Assembly (NCBI GenBank): GCA_046153645.1
Contig: JBJXGI010000034.1
Location: 1 to 64,000 of the forward strand
Direction: 5' to 3'
DNA length: 64,000 nt
Source of the DNA: Elusimicrobiota bacterium
GTDB taxonomy: Bacteria; Elusimicrobiota; Elusimicrobia; F11
Each line of letters starts with the position of its first letter. The first letter of the stretch is position 1. Shown one piece after another: positions 33,747-42,860 of the stretch. Below the pieces are notes generated by a model. That model made no database searches, had not been told where the DNA came from, and was given only the letters and a program-made list of their open reading frames with translations. The translations under genes and the position numbers were made by a program.

Positions 33747-36428
33747 TTATTTCGTTAATATTTGTCTTAATACGTAAGGCATAATTCCGCCATGTAAGTA
33801 GTATTCAATTTCTTGCGGGGTATCAATCCGCATGATCGCTTTGAATTCAATGGTTTTTTTGTCTGTTTTAGCTTTAACCATTACTTTCTGCATTGGTTTC
33901 ATTTGTGCTGAAATTCCTGCAATATTTATTGTTTCAAGTCCTGTCAGACCATAGGTTGCGGCATTTTTCCCATCTTCAAATTGGAGAGGGAGAACGCCCA
34001 TCATAACAAGATTACTGCGGTGAATTCTTTCGTAACTTTCCGCTATAACAGCCCTGACTCCAAGCATGCGAGTCCCTTTGGCGGCCCAATCGCGTGAAGA
34101 GCCTGATCCATATTCTTTCCCGGAGATGATGACCAATGAGGTTTTTTCTTTTTCATAAGCCATTGCCGCATCATAAATAGTTGTGACGGTTCCTTCGGGG
34201 AGTTTTTTTGTCACGCCGCCTTCAGTTCCTGGAACAAGCAGGTTTTTTAATCTGACATTGGCAAAAGTTCCTCGAATCATTACTTCATGGTTCCCTCGTC
34301 TGGCTCCATAGGAATTAAAATCAGCTTTTTGAACCCCATGCGCAATTAAATATTTTCCTGCCGGACTATCTAAGGCAATAGACCCTGCTGGTGAGATATG
34401 ATCGGTTGTCACTGAGTCTCCCAGAAGCGCTAACACTCTGGCTTCATTAATATCTGAAACGGGCGCTGGAACTCTCTGAAGGTTCTCTAAGAATGAAGCC
34501 CGTCGAATATAAGTTGAATCTTCTCTCCAGGTAAAACGTTGTCCTTCAGGAATAGAAATTTTCTGCCATTCATCATCGCCTTCAAAAACTCTTGAGTAAC
34601 GATTGGTAAAAAGCTGAACAGATAGATGTTCTTTTATTTCCTGATTCACTTCTTCTTGAGTGGGCCAAATATCTTTAAGAAAAATTTCTTTTCCCTCTTT
34701 ATTGGTTCCCAATGGTTCCGTTGTAAGGTTGATGTTGATTGAACCAGCAAGGGCATAAGCAACCACCAAGGGGGGACTCATCAAATAATTGGCTCTGATA
34801 TGGGGGTGAATTCTACCTTCAAAGTTTCTGTTTCCTGATAATACCGATGCCACCACCAAGTCTTGTTCTTTTATCGTTTTTTCTATTTCTTCTGGTAAAG
34901 GGCCTGAGTTGCCAATACATGTCGTGCAACCAAAACCAACCAAATAAAACCCTAGTTTTTGGAGAGGTTCACTGAGCCCGGCTTTGTCTAAATAATCCAT
35001 CACGACTTGCGAACCCGGAGCAAGACTGGTTTTAACCCAAGGTTTTGTTTGTAACCCTTTTTCGAGTGCTTTTTTGGCTAATAAGCCAGCTTGTATCAGT
35101 ACATTGGGGTTTGATGTGTTCGTGCAGCTCGTAATGGCTGCAATAACCACTGAACCATCTGTTAATTCCTTTCGGACATCAACCATTGTCGAAACAGTGG
35201 TTCCGGCGGAGGTTTTTTTAGAAAGAGTGGGAAGCGCATCCGCAAAAGATTTTTTTACTTCAGATAAATTAACTCGGTCTTGAGGGCGCTTTGGACCTGC
35301 AACAGAAGGTTGAACACTACTCAAATCAAGTTCTAACTTGTCAGAAAACACGGGATCAGGCATGGAATCAGTTCTAAAAAGGCCTTGGTTTTTACAATAA
35401 TCTCTCACCAATGTAATTGCTTGCGAATCACGACCTGTTTGAGCTAAATAGTCTAAAGTAATTTCATCAACAGGGAAAAATCCCACAGTGGCTCCATATT
35501 CAGGTGCCATATTAGCGATGGTGGCGCGATCAGCCAAACTGAGGGATGATAATCCTTGTCCATAGAATTCAACAAATTTTCCAACCACGCCTCGTTTGCG
35601 CAGAATCTGGGTGACGGTTAGTACCAAATCGGTAGCAGTGGTTCCTTCCGGCATTTTTCCGGAAAATTTAAATCCAATGACTTCAGGAATGAGCATGGAA
35701 ACGGGTTGACCCAGCATGGCTGCTTCTGCTTCAATTCCACCAACACCCCAACCGACAACACCCAATCCATTGATCATGGTCGTATGGGAATCTGTGCCAA
35801 TTAATGTGTCTGGATAAAGGACAGTTGTGTCTCCGCTATTTTGTGAAAATACGACTTTTGCTAAATACTCCAAATTTACCTGATGAACAATTCCCGTCCC
35901 TGGTGGAACAGCTCTAAAGTTTTTTAGGGATTTTTGACCCCACTTGAGAAATTCATAGCGCTCATTATTTCGTTGATATTCCGTTTTTACATTTTCTCTG
36001 AAAGAATCAGCTGTGCCAAACTTATCCACTTGAACAGAATGGTCAATAACCAAATCAACGAGTTGGAGAGGATTAATTTTTTGTGGGTCGCCTCCCATAT
36101 CAACTACGGCATCACGCATGGAGGCCAAATCGACAACACAAGGAACGCCCGTGAAATCCTGCAAAATAACTCTGGCTGGCATAAAAGAAATTTCTCGGTC
36201 ACTGGTCTTAGTTGCGTCCCACTGGGCCAAATTTTCGATATCTTCTTTTGTGATGTTTTTTTCATCTTCCCGGCGTAAAAGGTTCTCAAGTAATATTTTT
36301 ATCGTGAAAGGAAGTTTTTCTAAATTGCCGATAGAACTTTCCGTTAAAGTTGATAACCGGTAATAAGTGAAAGTGTTATTTCCTACTTTTATTTCTGCTC
36401 GTGACTTGAATGAGTCGATACTTTTCAT
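33747..36428 (-). CDS. acnA: Aconitate hydratase A
   Basis: LQDFTGVP, DSHTTMING, AAITSCTNTSNP, GCTTCIGNSG, YGSGSSRDWAAKG. Confidence 0.97.
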   Translation of the reverse strand: MKSIDSFKSRAEIKVGNNTFTYYRLSTLTESSIGNLEKLPFTIKILLENLLRREDEKNITKEDIENLAQWDATKTSDREISFMPARVILQDFTGVPCVVDLASMRDAVVDMGGDPQKINPLQLVDLVIDHSVQVDKFGTADSFRENVKTEYQRNNERYEFLKWGQKSLKNFRAVPPGTGIVHQVNLEYLAKVVFSQNSGDTTVLYPDTLIGTDSHTTMINGLGVVGWGVGGIEAEAAMLGQPVSMLIPEVIGFKFSGKMPEGTTATDLVLTVTQILRKRGVVGKFVEFYGQGLSSLSLADRATIANMAPEYGATVGFFPVDEITLDYLAQTGRDSQAITLVRDYCKNQGLFRTDSMPDPVFSDKLELDLSSVQPSVAGPKRPQDRVNLSEVKKSFADALPTLSKKTSAGTTVSTMVDVRKELTDGSVVIAAITSCTNTSNPNVLIQAGLLAKKALEKGLQTKPWVKTSLAPGSQVVMDYLDKAGLSEPLQKLGFYLVGFGCTTCIGNSGPLPEEIEKTIKEQDLVVASVLSGNRNFEGRIHPHIRANYLMSPPLVVAYALAGSININLTTEPLGTNKEGKEIFLKDIWPTQEEVNQEIKEHLSVQLFTNRYSRVFEGDDEWQKISIPEGQRFTWREDSTYIRRASFLENLQRVPAPVSDINEARVLALLGDSVTTDHISPAGSIALDSPAGKYLIAHGVQKADFNSYGARRGNHEVMIRGTFANVRLKNLLVPGTEGGVTKKLPEGTVTTIYDAAMAYEKEKTSLVIISGKEYGSGSSRDWAAKGTRMLGVRAVIAESYERIHRSNLVMMGVLPLQFEDGKNAATYGLTGLETINIAGISAQMKPMQKVMVKAKTDKKTIEFKAIMRIDTPQEIEYYLHGGIMPYVLRQILTK

Positions 36429-36512
36429 TTATATTTCCTGGTATTATTGTTTTAGTTTAATCAAGATGCTTAAAGAGACACGTTTTTTACTTGGATTTTC
36501 ACTATTAGTAAA

Positions 36513-36642
36513 CTTTTGGGCATGGAGGGACTCGAACCCACACTCTCCGAAGAAAACAGGATTTTAAGTCCTGTGCGGGCCGCCAGAAGTCGTGGCGGCC
36601 GAGTCTGCCATCCTGCCCGCCAAGCTTTGTGGCGGGTCCGCC
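36513..36642 (-). pseudogene. Degenerate second copy of tRNA-Leu(TAA), interrupted by two GC-rich hairpin insertions
   Basis: 36513-36577 is identical to 36959-37023 (65 bp). The remaining tRNA pieces TCTGCCAT (36604-11) and TCCGCC (36637-42) are separated by hairpins GGCCGCCA..TGGCGGCC and CCCGCCA..TGGCGGG. Confidence 0.8.
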
Positions 36643-36662
36643 CTAATGTTACATAAAGACTC

Positions 36663-36923
36663 TTAGCTCTTGTTACTTAATAGTTTTTCTGAAATTAATT
36701 TTACGGTTTTTCGACCGTTTCCTGTTTTTTAAAATTTTTCTCTTCTTCGTGCTTCAAACCGATTAGGATATGTTTCTGAAAATACGAGTTTCCAAGGTTT
36801 TTTTAATTTTGTCGAAATGTTATGGCCTGCGTTATGTCGAAATAAACGTTTTTGAAGATTAGCGGTTAATCCTACATATATTTGTCCAGTCGTCATGCTT
36901 CTTATCACATAAACTTGAAACAT
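36663..36923 (-). pseudogene. GIY-YIG (YhbQ/UPF0213-like) endonuclease with in-frame nonsense codon
   Basis: MFQVYVIRS...IYVGLT.NL.KRL..HN.G...STK...PWKLV..E.Y....EARRREKF*KTGNGR. TAA at 36729-31 sits where the family usually has Leu. Confidence 0.8.
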
Positions 36924-36962
36924 ATAGCCCCCTTTTGGAGGGGGAAAATTTGTTAAATCTTT

Positions 36963-37045
36963 TGGGCATGGAGGGACTCGAACCCACACTCTCCGAAGAA
37001 AACAGGATTTTAAGTCCTGTGCGTCTGCCATTCCGCCACATGCCC
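36963..37045 (-). tRNA. tRNA-Leu (anticodon TAA), CCA not encoded
   Basis: GGGCATG/CATGCCC acceptor stem, CAGGA-CTTAAAA-TCCTG anticodon arm, GGTTCGAGTCC T arm. Confidence 0.95.
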
Positions 37046-37178
37046 ACCTACACTTATGTTTTTGAGAGGTATTAACCACTTCAAAATTTAAAACTGAAAG
37101 TTTAAAACTGTATTCGGAAGGCGCCTAATTTAGCAGATTTTGAGGAAATGTCCGATAGGATTATTATTTATTGATGAT

Positions 37179-39056
37179 TTACGCTGTTGGAAGAGGTTCT
37201 AAGTCTTTCCAAATAGCGTCAATTTGTTGAGATGACGCAAGAACCGGTTCAATTTCTTTAACTTGTAAATTGGTCAACAATGAATTTTGGATGGAGGGTT
37301 CCAGTCGATCGGAGGTTAAGATAGATATTTTCTCGCCCTCTTTAAAGAGAGGGACCATCTGATGAGTTTTCAGCATCGATTTGATGGGCGTTGATAGTTG
37401 TTGAATATAGTCTTTAGGAATTGGAAATTTATTTTCATCATATGTTCTCATATGAAAAATTTGACTCAACACAGGGACCAATTGTTTTTCAGATAAAGCT
37501 CCCTGTTCAATTAATATTTGTCCCAATGGTCTGTGAGCCTTTTTTTGTTCCTGAAGAGCCTTCTCTAGTTGTTGGGTTGTAATAGCAGCTGTATTGAGAA
37601 GTGCGTCTCCTAATCTTTCACGATGATGTTCTAGCGCACCAGGAAGGGGGAATCGATTGGTTGTTTTATCCCAAGCCGTTTTTTCACCTGTAAAAAGAGA
37701 AAAAACAAATTGTTTAGAGGCAATGTAAAAAGCATTGGCGTTGATAAAATTTCCATAAATAATTCTTGGAACACTAAAAAGACCCTCTATTGGCCCGTAA
37801 ATTCTCGCAACGGCAATAAAACGCTGTAGAGCTCTTTCGCACATAAAAAAGAAATTAACCCAAAATAGAAAGGTGATCAGCGGTGAATTGGGAAGTCCAG
37901 GAAGAATGGGGGTCCAAGGGGCGAATTTGTTTTCACATAATTGCAGTATCCAATAAGTCATTAAAAAATATCCGCCCAAACAAAGAATACTCCCCAAAGG
38001 GCCTTTCCGGTCTCTGAAAAGAGAATATCGGGTTGCTAGGTTTCCACTCCAGCCAGATTCTTTCCATTCTTGAAATGAAATTCCAAGCATCCATCTCGAT
38101 TTTTGTCTAATTGCGTTTGAGTACTTTGTTGGAAAAAATGCTCGGGTAGCGATCCATTCATTTTTCTCTTTAGGAACGATGGGGCCAAAGAAAATCCATT
38201 TTCTTTGGTTTTTGATTCGTTTATATCCTTGGTGAACAAAAATAGATTTCATCTTAAACTTGTTCAGGAGGACGGAGAAGCTATAGTCTTCGGTGAGCGT
38301 TGAAAGATTGAAAACTTGATTGGTATTGCCAGCTTTTTCCGCTGCTTTTTCAATCGCGTATCGAGAAAAAGAAGTTCCAACTCCTGCAGAGGGAACCAAT
38401 CCCCCGATGGTTTCTCTAAAGTGGATGTCTTTGGTGTGGTTTTCCGCAAACTCATCAGCATAGGTCCAATGTGTCCAATGTCGCAGTTTTACATTCAACG
38501 GAAATACAGGAATCTGAACCATTTCTTTTTGTGGATGAAAATAATTAAAAAGTTTTAATGACATCGGGTGGATTACATCTTCGGCATCGTGCATAACAAA
38601 AATATCAAAGTGAGTTTGTAAACGTTGTTCATATTTATATATTTCTTGAATGATAGAGTTTAAGTTGTCGGCTTTATTTGTAGGGCCAGGGTTCGGGCAC
38701 ATGGCTTTATGAATTCGAGGATTTACTTTTTGTATAGATTCAACGACTTTGTTGGTTTCAGGATCGTTGGGGTAAACACCAACAAACACGTCGTAGTTTC
38801 GATAGTTTATTGTTTGGAGAGTGTTAAGTAACATTTGCCCAATCACTTCATTTTCTTTCCAACATGGGATCATTAAAGCCAAACGTTGCTCTGGAAGGGA
38901 ATTCAACTTCTCTATAGAAAGTTTAGGGGCTTTCCATGTTCTGACTTTGTGGAATGTTTTATTAATCCAATGCACCAAATCTAAAAATAGATCATCGATA
39001 CCAAAACAGGTTGTCCCAATTAATATTGTTAAGGTCAAAATTTCAATTGCGCTCAT
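37179..39056 (-). CDS. nfrB: NfrB-like GT2 glycosyltransferase with C-terminal MshEN c-di-GMP-binding domain
   Basis: GVYPNDP, GPTNKADNLN, HDAED, YADEFAE.H, SAGVGT, LTEDY, RQKSRW..GI.FQ, AWDKT. RLGDAL...LEKALQEQ...PLGQIL tandem MshEN motif. Confidence 0.85.
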   Translation of the reverse strand: MSAIEILTLTILIGTTCFGIDDLFLDLVHWINKTFHKVRTWKAPKLSIEKLNSLPEQRLALMIPCWKENEVIGQMLLNTLQTINYRNYDVFVGVYPNDPETNKVVESIQKVNPRIHKAMCPNPGPTNKADNLNSIIQEIYKYEQRLQTHFDIFVMHDAEDVIHPMSLKLFNYFHPQKEMVQIPVFPLNVKLRHWTHWTYADEFAENHTKDIHFRETIGGLVPSAGVGTSFSRYAIEKAAEKAGNTNQVFNLSTLTEDYSFSVLLNKFKMKSIFVHQGYKRIKNQRKWIFFGPIVPKEKNEWIATRAFFPTKYSNAIRQKSRWMLGISFQEWKESGWSGNLATRYSLFRDRKGPLGSILCLGGYFLMTYWILQLCENKFAPWTPILPGLPNSPLITFLFWVNFFFMCERALQRFIAVARIYGPIEGLFSVPRIIYGNFINANAFYIASKQFVFSLFTGEKTAWDKTTNRFPLPGALEHHRERLGDALLNTAAITTQQLEKALQEQKKAHRPLGQILIEQGALSEKQLVPVLSQIFHMRTYDENKFPIPKDYIQQLSTPIKSMLKTHQMVPLFKEGEKISILTSDRLEPSIQNSLLTNLQVKEIEPVLASSQQIDAIWKDLEPLPTA

Positions 39057-39057
39057 G

Positions 39058-40227
39058 TTAGAATCTCCAGAAGAATTCAGCTTCCCAGCGGTGATCGGTA
39101 TAATCTTTTCCATAGGGATTAACTGTTGTTTGGGACCGGCGAAGATAATCGCCTTTCATAATCATGTATCTGAGTGTTAAATTAAATCGGTGATCAGGAA
39201 CAAGTTCGAATACGGGGCCATATTCAAGAACGTTGTTGAAGAAGTCATCATTTTTATCTGCGGCATACCAGAGTTGCCCTAAAATGTCAAAAGTTGTGAA
39301 ATTCTTTTCGAATAGTCGTGCACCAGCGCGAAGACGAGCATACCCAATAACGTTGTGTTTATAACGGTCATAATATCCAACATCGCCATAAACATGTCCT
39401 ACAAAAGAAGGAGTGAATGGTTGAGTAAGGTTAAGTCTTAATTTGTTTCCCCAAGGGTGAAATAGAGTGGCACCGAATCGAAAATCAGAGTGTTTAGGAT
39501 CTGGAGTTACGTTTAAGGTTTCAAACACTTTCCCATATTCAATAAACAATGAGACAGGAATTTGATGAAAAGGATGTAAGCGGCTTCCTATTCCGGCAAT
39601 TCCCACGTTATCTGAAAAAATAATGGGAGCTCTACCCGCTATTTGTTTGGATTTTGAATCGCGGTTGGCTCGAACAAATAAATAAGTTTCAAGTTCTCCA
39701 TTTTGACCCCATTCCCGACCAGCTCGAATAAAGCCGGTAAAAACGCCCAAATCAAAGCGTGAAGAATAATAAGGATTGAAGTAAATTTCGCCAAAATAAG
39801 GCGTTGGAAGTAATTTCGGGAAAAAAGAAAAAGATTGTAGCGAAATTTTGGAGATCTTATTTAACGTGTCAGGGTTTTGGGAGTTTTTGAGTTTGGCATA
39901 TTGCTTCTGTACTTCTTTACCATTTTTCAGGCTATCTTGAATGTAAAGGACTTGGAGTGAATAATTTTCATTATTGGGCTCTAATTTTTCAGCTGCTTTA
40001 AATGATTCTAAGGCTTTCTTTTTTTTACCTTGAGATAATAGGAGGTAACCCATTTCAGCTTGAGCTGCCACATTTTCAGGATTGTCTTTTATAACCTTTT
40101 CTAGGATTGATTCAGCTTTTTTAGGAAATGCTTTTTTCGCATTATAAAAATCATCCAACGTGGATGAAAAAGAATATGAGCCTATTAATAGAAATAGGCC
40201 AACAACGGTTAGGTTTTTCGTTTTCAA
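39058..40227 (-). CDS. TPR plus outer-membrane beta-barrel protein (NfrA-like exporter partner)
   Basis: Signal peptide, N-terminal TPR-like helices, aromatic beta-strand C-terminus ending in F. Directly upstream of the nfrB-like gene. Confidence 0.65.
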   Translation of the reverse strand: MKTKNLTVVGLFLLIGSYSFSSTLDDFYNAKKAFPKKAESILEKVIKDNPENVAAQAEMGYLLLSQGKKKKALESFKAAEKLEPNNENYSLQVLYIQDSLKNGKEVQKQYAKLKNSQNPDTLNKISKISLQSFSFFPKLLPTPYFGEIYFNPYYSSRFDLGVFTGFIRAGREWGQNGELETYLFVRANRDSKSKQIAGRAPIIFSDNVGIAGIGSRLHPFHQIPVSLFIEYGKVFETLNVTPDPKHSDFRFGATLFHPWGNKLRLNLTQPFTPSFVGHVYGDVGYYDRYKHNVIGYARLRAGARLFEKNFTTFDILGQLWYAADKNDDFFNNVLEYGPVFELVPDHRFNLTLRYMIMKGDYLRRSQTTVNPYGKDYTDHRWEAEFFWRF

Positions 40228-40401
40228 GTTGGTTCCTCGAATTTATATTTGATGTTGAATCTATTGGGGGCGACTGATATGTTGGATAAGGTGCCGTCAA
40301 TCTTCCCGCGAATTTGAGGACGAATCGTAACTTAAAAGCGAGGTAAATGTCCAATGGTTTTTTTGGTGAAGAGATGAAAATTTTCCGAGGAGAAAACAAA
40401 T

Positions 40402-41475
40402 ATGGCGATTGATTTTGTTGGGATTCTTCAGGCTGCAGTTAAAAAACAGGCGTCTGATATTCATATTGTTATTGGTAAGCCTCCCATTGTCAGAATTAGA
40501 GGCGAAATTATGCCATTAGAAGGCTATCCCATCATTACGGCAGAAGATTCACAGAAACTTATTTACTCTATTTTATTTGAAACACAAAGAAGGAAATTTG
40601 AAGAGAATCAAGAGCTTGATTGCTCCTTTTCACTCCCAGGGGTTGCGCGTTTTCGCGTCAATGTTCTTATGGGGAGAATGGGGATTGAAGCGGTTCTGCG
40701 GGTGATTGGATCTAATATTCCTGATCCTGACTCATTGGGTTTAACTCCTGCCATTACTGATTTGGCAAAACTTCCGCGCGGTTTGGTTTTGGTGACCGGG
40801 CCTACGGGGTCAGGAAAATCAACCACATTGGCTTCTCTTATTAATATTGTAAACAGTACACGTAAAGATCATATCCTTACCATCGAAGATCCCATTGAAT
40901 TTGTTTACGATCATAAACAATGCATTGTCCGTCAGCGTGAAGTAGGAACCACCACTCATTCTTTTGCTAATGCCCTAAAAGCGGCCCTGCGAGAAGACCC
41001 CGATATTATATTGGTCGGAGAGTTGCGAGATCTTGAAACGATTTCTTTGGCTGTTACCGCAAGTGAAACAGGTCACTTGGTGTTTGCCACACTCCATACC
41101 ACAGACGCCCCTCAAACCATCGACCGAATTATTGACGTGTTTCCACCTCACCAACAACAACAAATTCGAGTTCAGTTATCGACGACGTTAAAAGCTGTTG
41201 TTTGCCAAACTCTTTTACCGTTAAATGATGCCGTGGGTCGAATTGCGGCTAGAGAAGTAATGATTGTGACTCCGGCCATTGCAAACCTTATTCGCGAAGG
41301 GAAAACCCATATGATCTACAACGCCATTGATACAGGCACAAAGTTCGGCATGATTTCGCTTGATAAGGCATTGATAGACTTGGTTAAAGCGCATAAAATT
41401 AGTTTGGACGATGCCCTCATTAAAGCCAAAGACCCACAAATGGTACGAGGCGCGTGTTCAGGCGGAGCTTATTAA
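40402..41475 (+). CDS. pilT: Type IV pilus retraction ATPase
   Basis: ASDIH, GPTGSGKST, TIEDPIE, LREDPDIILVGELRD, TGHLVFATLHT, ANLIRE. Confidence 0.95.
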   Translation: MAIDFVGILQAAVKKQASDIHIVIGKPPIVRIRGEIMPLEGYPIITAEDSQKLIYSILFETQRRKFEENQELDCSFSLPGVARFRVNVLMGRMGIEAVLRVIGSNIPDPDSLGLTPAITDLAKLPRGLVLVTGPTGSGKSTTLASLINIVNSTRKDHILTIEDPIEFVYDHKQCIVRQREVGTTTHSFANALKAALREDPDIILVGELRDLETISLAVTASETGHLVFATLHTTDAPQTIDRIIDVFPPHQQQQIRVQLSTTLKAVVCQTLLPLNDAVGRIAAREVMIVTPAIANLIREGKTHMIYNAIDTGTKFGMISLDKALIDLVKAHKISLDDALIKAKDPQMVRGACSGGAY

Positions 41476-42423
41476 ATGGTTTCCATTAAAACACTATTGT
41501 CTCTAAAAGGGTTTCGTGATATTCCTGCGCAAGCACTGGAAAAATTAGCAGAGCAGATGGAAGAAAAAGTTTTCCCGCCAGAAAAAATTATTATTAAAGA
41601 AGGGGAGAAAACCGGGTGCCTTTTTATTTTGCTCTCCGGTGCTGTTCGTGTTGAGAAGAAAACAGAAAAAGGTGAACAGAAAGTGGTGGCCCGACTTGAG
41701 AATCAAGAGTTTTTTGGTGAAATGGCACTTTTAAACGATGAAACACATTCGGCCTCAGTGATTGTTCAAGAAGAATCACGTATTTTGATTTTGCCAAGAA
41801 AAGTTTTAATAGAATTAATGCAAAAAGACCCCACATCTGCTCTCACTCCTGTTATTTCACTGTTCGCAGGTGTTAGTTCTCGACTGAAAAGGACAACTCA
41901 AGAATTGGTTTTGTTATTTGAGGTAGCCAAAAAATTAGGAGGCAATCTTTCCATTCGGCAATTATTGTCGCAGGTTGGCGAATTGGTGAAAAGTCAAATG
42001 GGTGAAGATATTTCCGCGGCGTTTTATGAATGGATCTATTTTAATTCTGAATACACGCTTATCCAGAAATCAGGGGTGTTAACTGATACTTGTCCACCCG
42101 TTATTGATCCTCAAAATGTCCCGCTTTTTCAATTTCTGGAAGGGGATCTTATTTCCATTCCCGAACTCTCAGGTGGCTCAAAAATATTTGGGTTTTCCCA
42201 AGGACACTTAATTTTGGTTAGAATAGGGGTATCAGGTCGTCCTTATGGACTTATGATCTTTCACTCTGCACTTCCTCATTCGTTTGATTCAGGAGAAAAA
42301 CAAATGCTCGAAACTCTGAGCGCTGTGTTAGCTCCCGCGTTTCAAACCGCAGAGTTTAAAGAAGAAGAGGCGGCCCGGTTGAAATTAGAACGAAGTAAAC
42401 AACAAGGATACCCTATTCAATAA
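41476..42423 (+). CDS. Cyclic-nucleotide-binding domain plus GAF-like domain protein
   Basis: LSGAVRVEK, FFGEMALL...HSASV (cNMP). C-terminal GAF-like region. Confidence 0.75.
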   Translation: MVSIKTLLSLKGFRDIPAQALEKLAEQMEEKVFPPEKIIIKEGEKTGCLFILLSGAVRVEKKTEKGEQKVVARLENQEFFGEMALLNDETHSASVIVQEESRILILPRKVLIELMQKDPTSALTPVISLFAGVSSRLKRTTQELVLLFEVAKKLGGNLSIRQLLSQVGELVKSQMGEDISAAFYEWIYFNSEYTLIQKSGVLTDTCPPVIDPQNVPLFQFLEGDLISIPELSGGSKIFGFSQGHLILVRIGVSGRPYGLMIFHSALPHSFDSGEKQMLETLSAVLAPAFQTAEFKEEEAARLKLERSKQQGYPIQ

Positions 42424-42860
42424 TGAAGAATATTTTAAATGCCGTAAAGCTTGCCTATAAAACCGCGGATGATAAACTAGGTGAAGACATACTTGTCTTA
42501 GATGTCCGCAAACAAACAGCCTTAACCGACTATTTTATTTTTATCACCGGAACTTCTCACCTGCACATTCGTGCGCTAGAAGATGCCCTTCGTGAAGAAC
42601 TTAAAAAAGAAGATCTCAATCTGAAAAGAACAGATGGCAAAAGAGGCCATTTGTGGCGGGCTCTTGATTATGGTCGTCTTATTATTCATTTAATGGATAA
42701 GAAGACCAGAGAGTTTTATGCCATTGAGCGACTTTGGGATGAGGGGGAAGTCGTTAAAATTTCATCTCCCGTTGAGAAAAAGAAAACGAATAAAAAGCCT
42801 CTCAAAAAAGTTAAAGCCAAAATAAAGCCCAAAACCAAATCCAAAAAAATTAAGAAATAA
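42423..42860 (+). CDS. rsfS: Ribosome silencing factor
   Basis: DKLGEDILVLDV, DYF, W.ALDYG.LIIHLM...REFYAIERLW, with a Lys-rich tail. Confidence 0.92.
   Translation: MKNILNAVKLAYKTADDKLGEDILVLDVRKQTALTDYFIFITGTSHLHIRALEDALREELKKEDLNLKRTDGKRGHLWRALDYGRLIIHLMDKKTREFYAIERLWDEGEVVKISSPVEKKKTNKKPLKKVKAKIKPKTKSKKIKK

Noticed and set aside
36729..36731. Stop-codon reassignment or programmed readthrough suggested by the in-frame TAA
   Set aside because: TAA terminates many ordinary genes in this window. A point mutation or sequencing error is simpler.
36513..37023. 65-bp direct repeat as a CRISPR array or attL/attR of an integrative element
   Set aside because: Only two copies, tRNA-derived, with no cas or integrase gene. 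The second copy continues as an interrupted tRNA.
36729..37079. 116-aa ORF as listed in the ORF track
   Set aside because: Its N-terminal half is a read-through of the tRNA-Leu gene. The real GIY-YIG start is ATG 36923 with its own RBS.
40228..40401. c-di-GMP riboswitch between the nfrA-like gene and pilT
   Set aside because: I could not identify the GEMM consensus on either strand. An Infernal/Rfam scan would be decisive.
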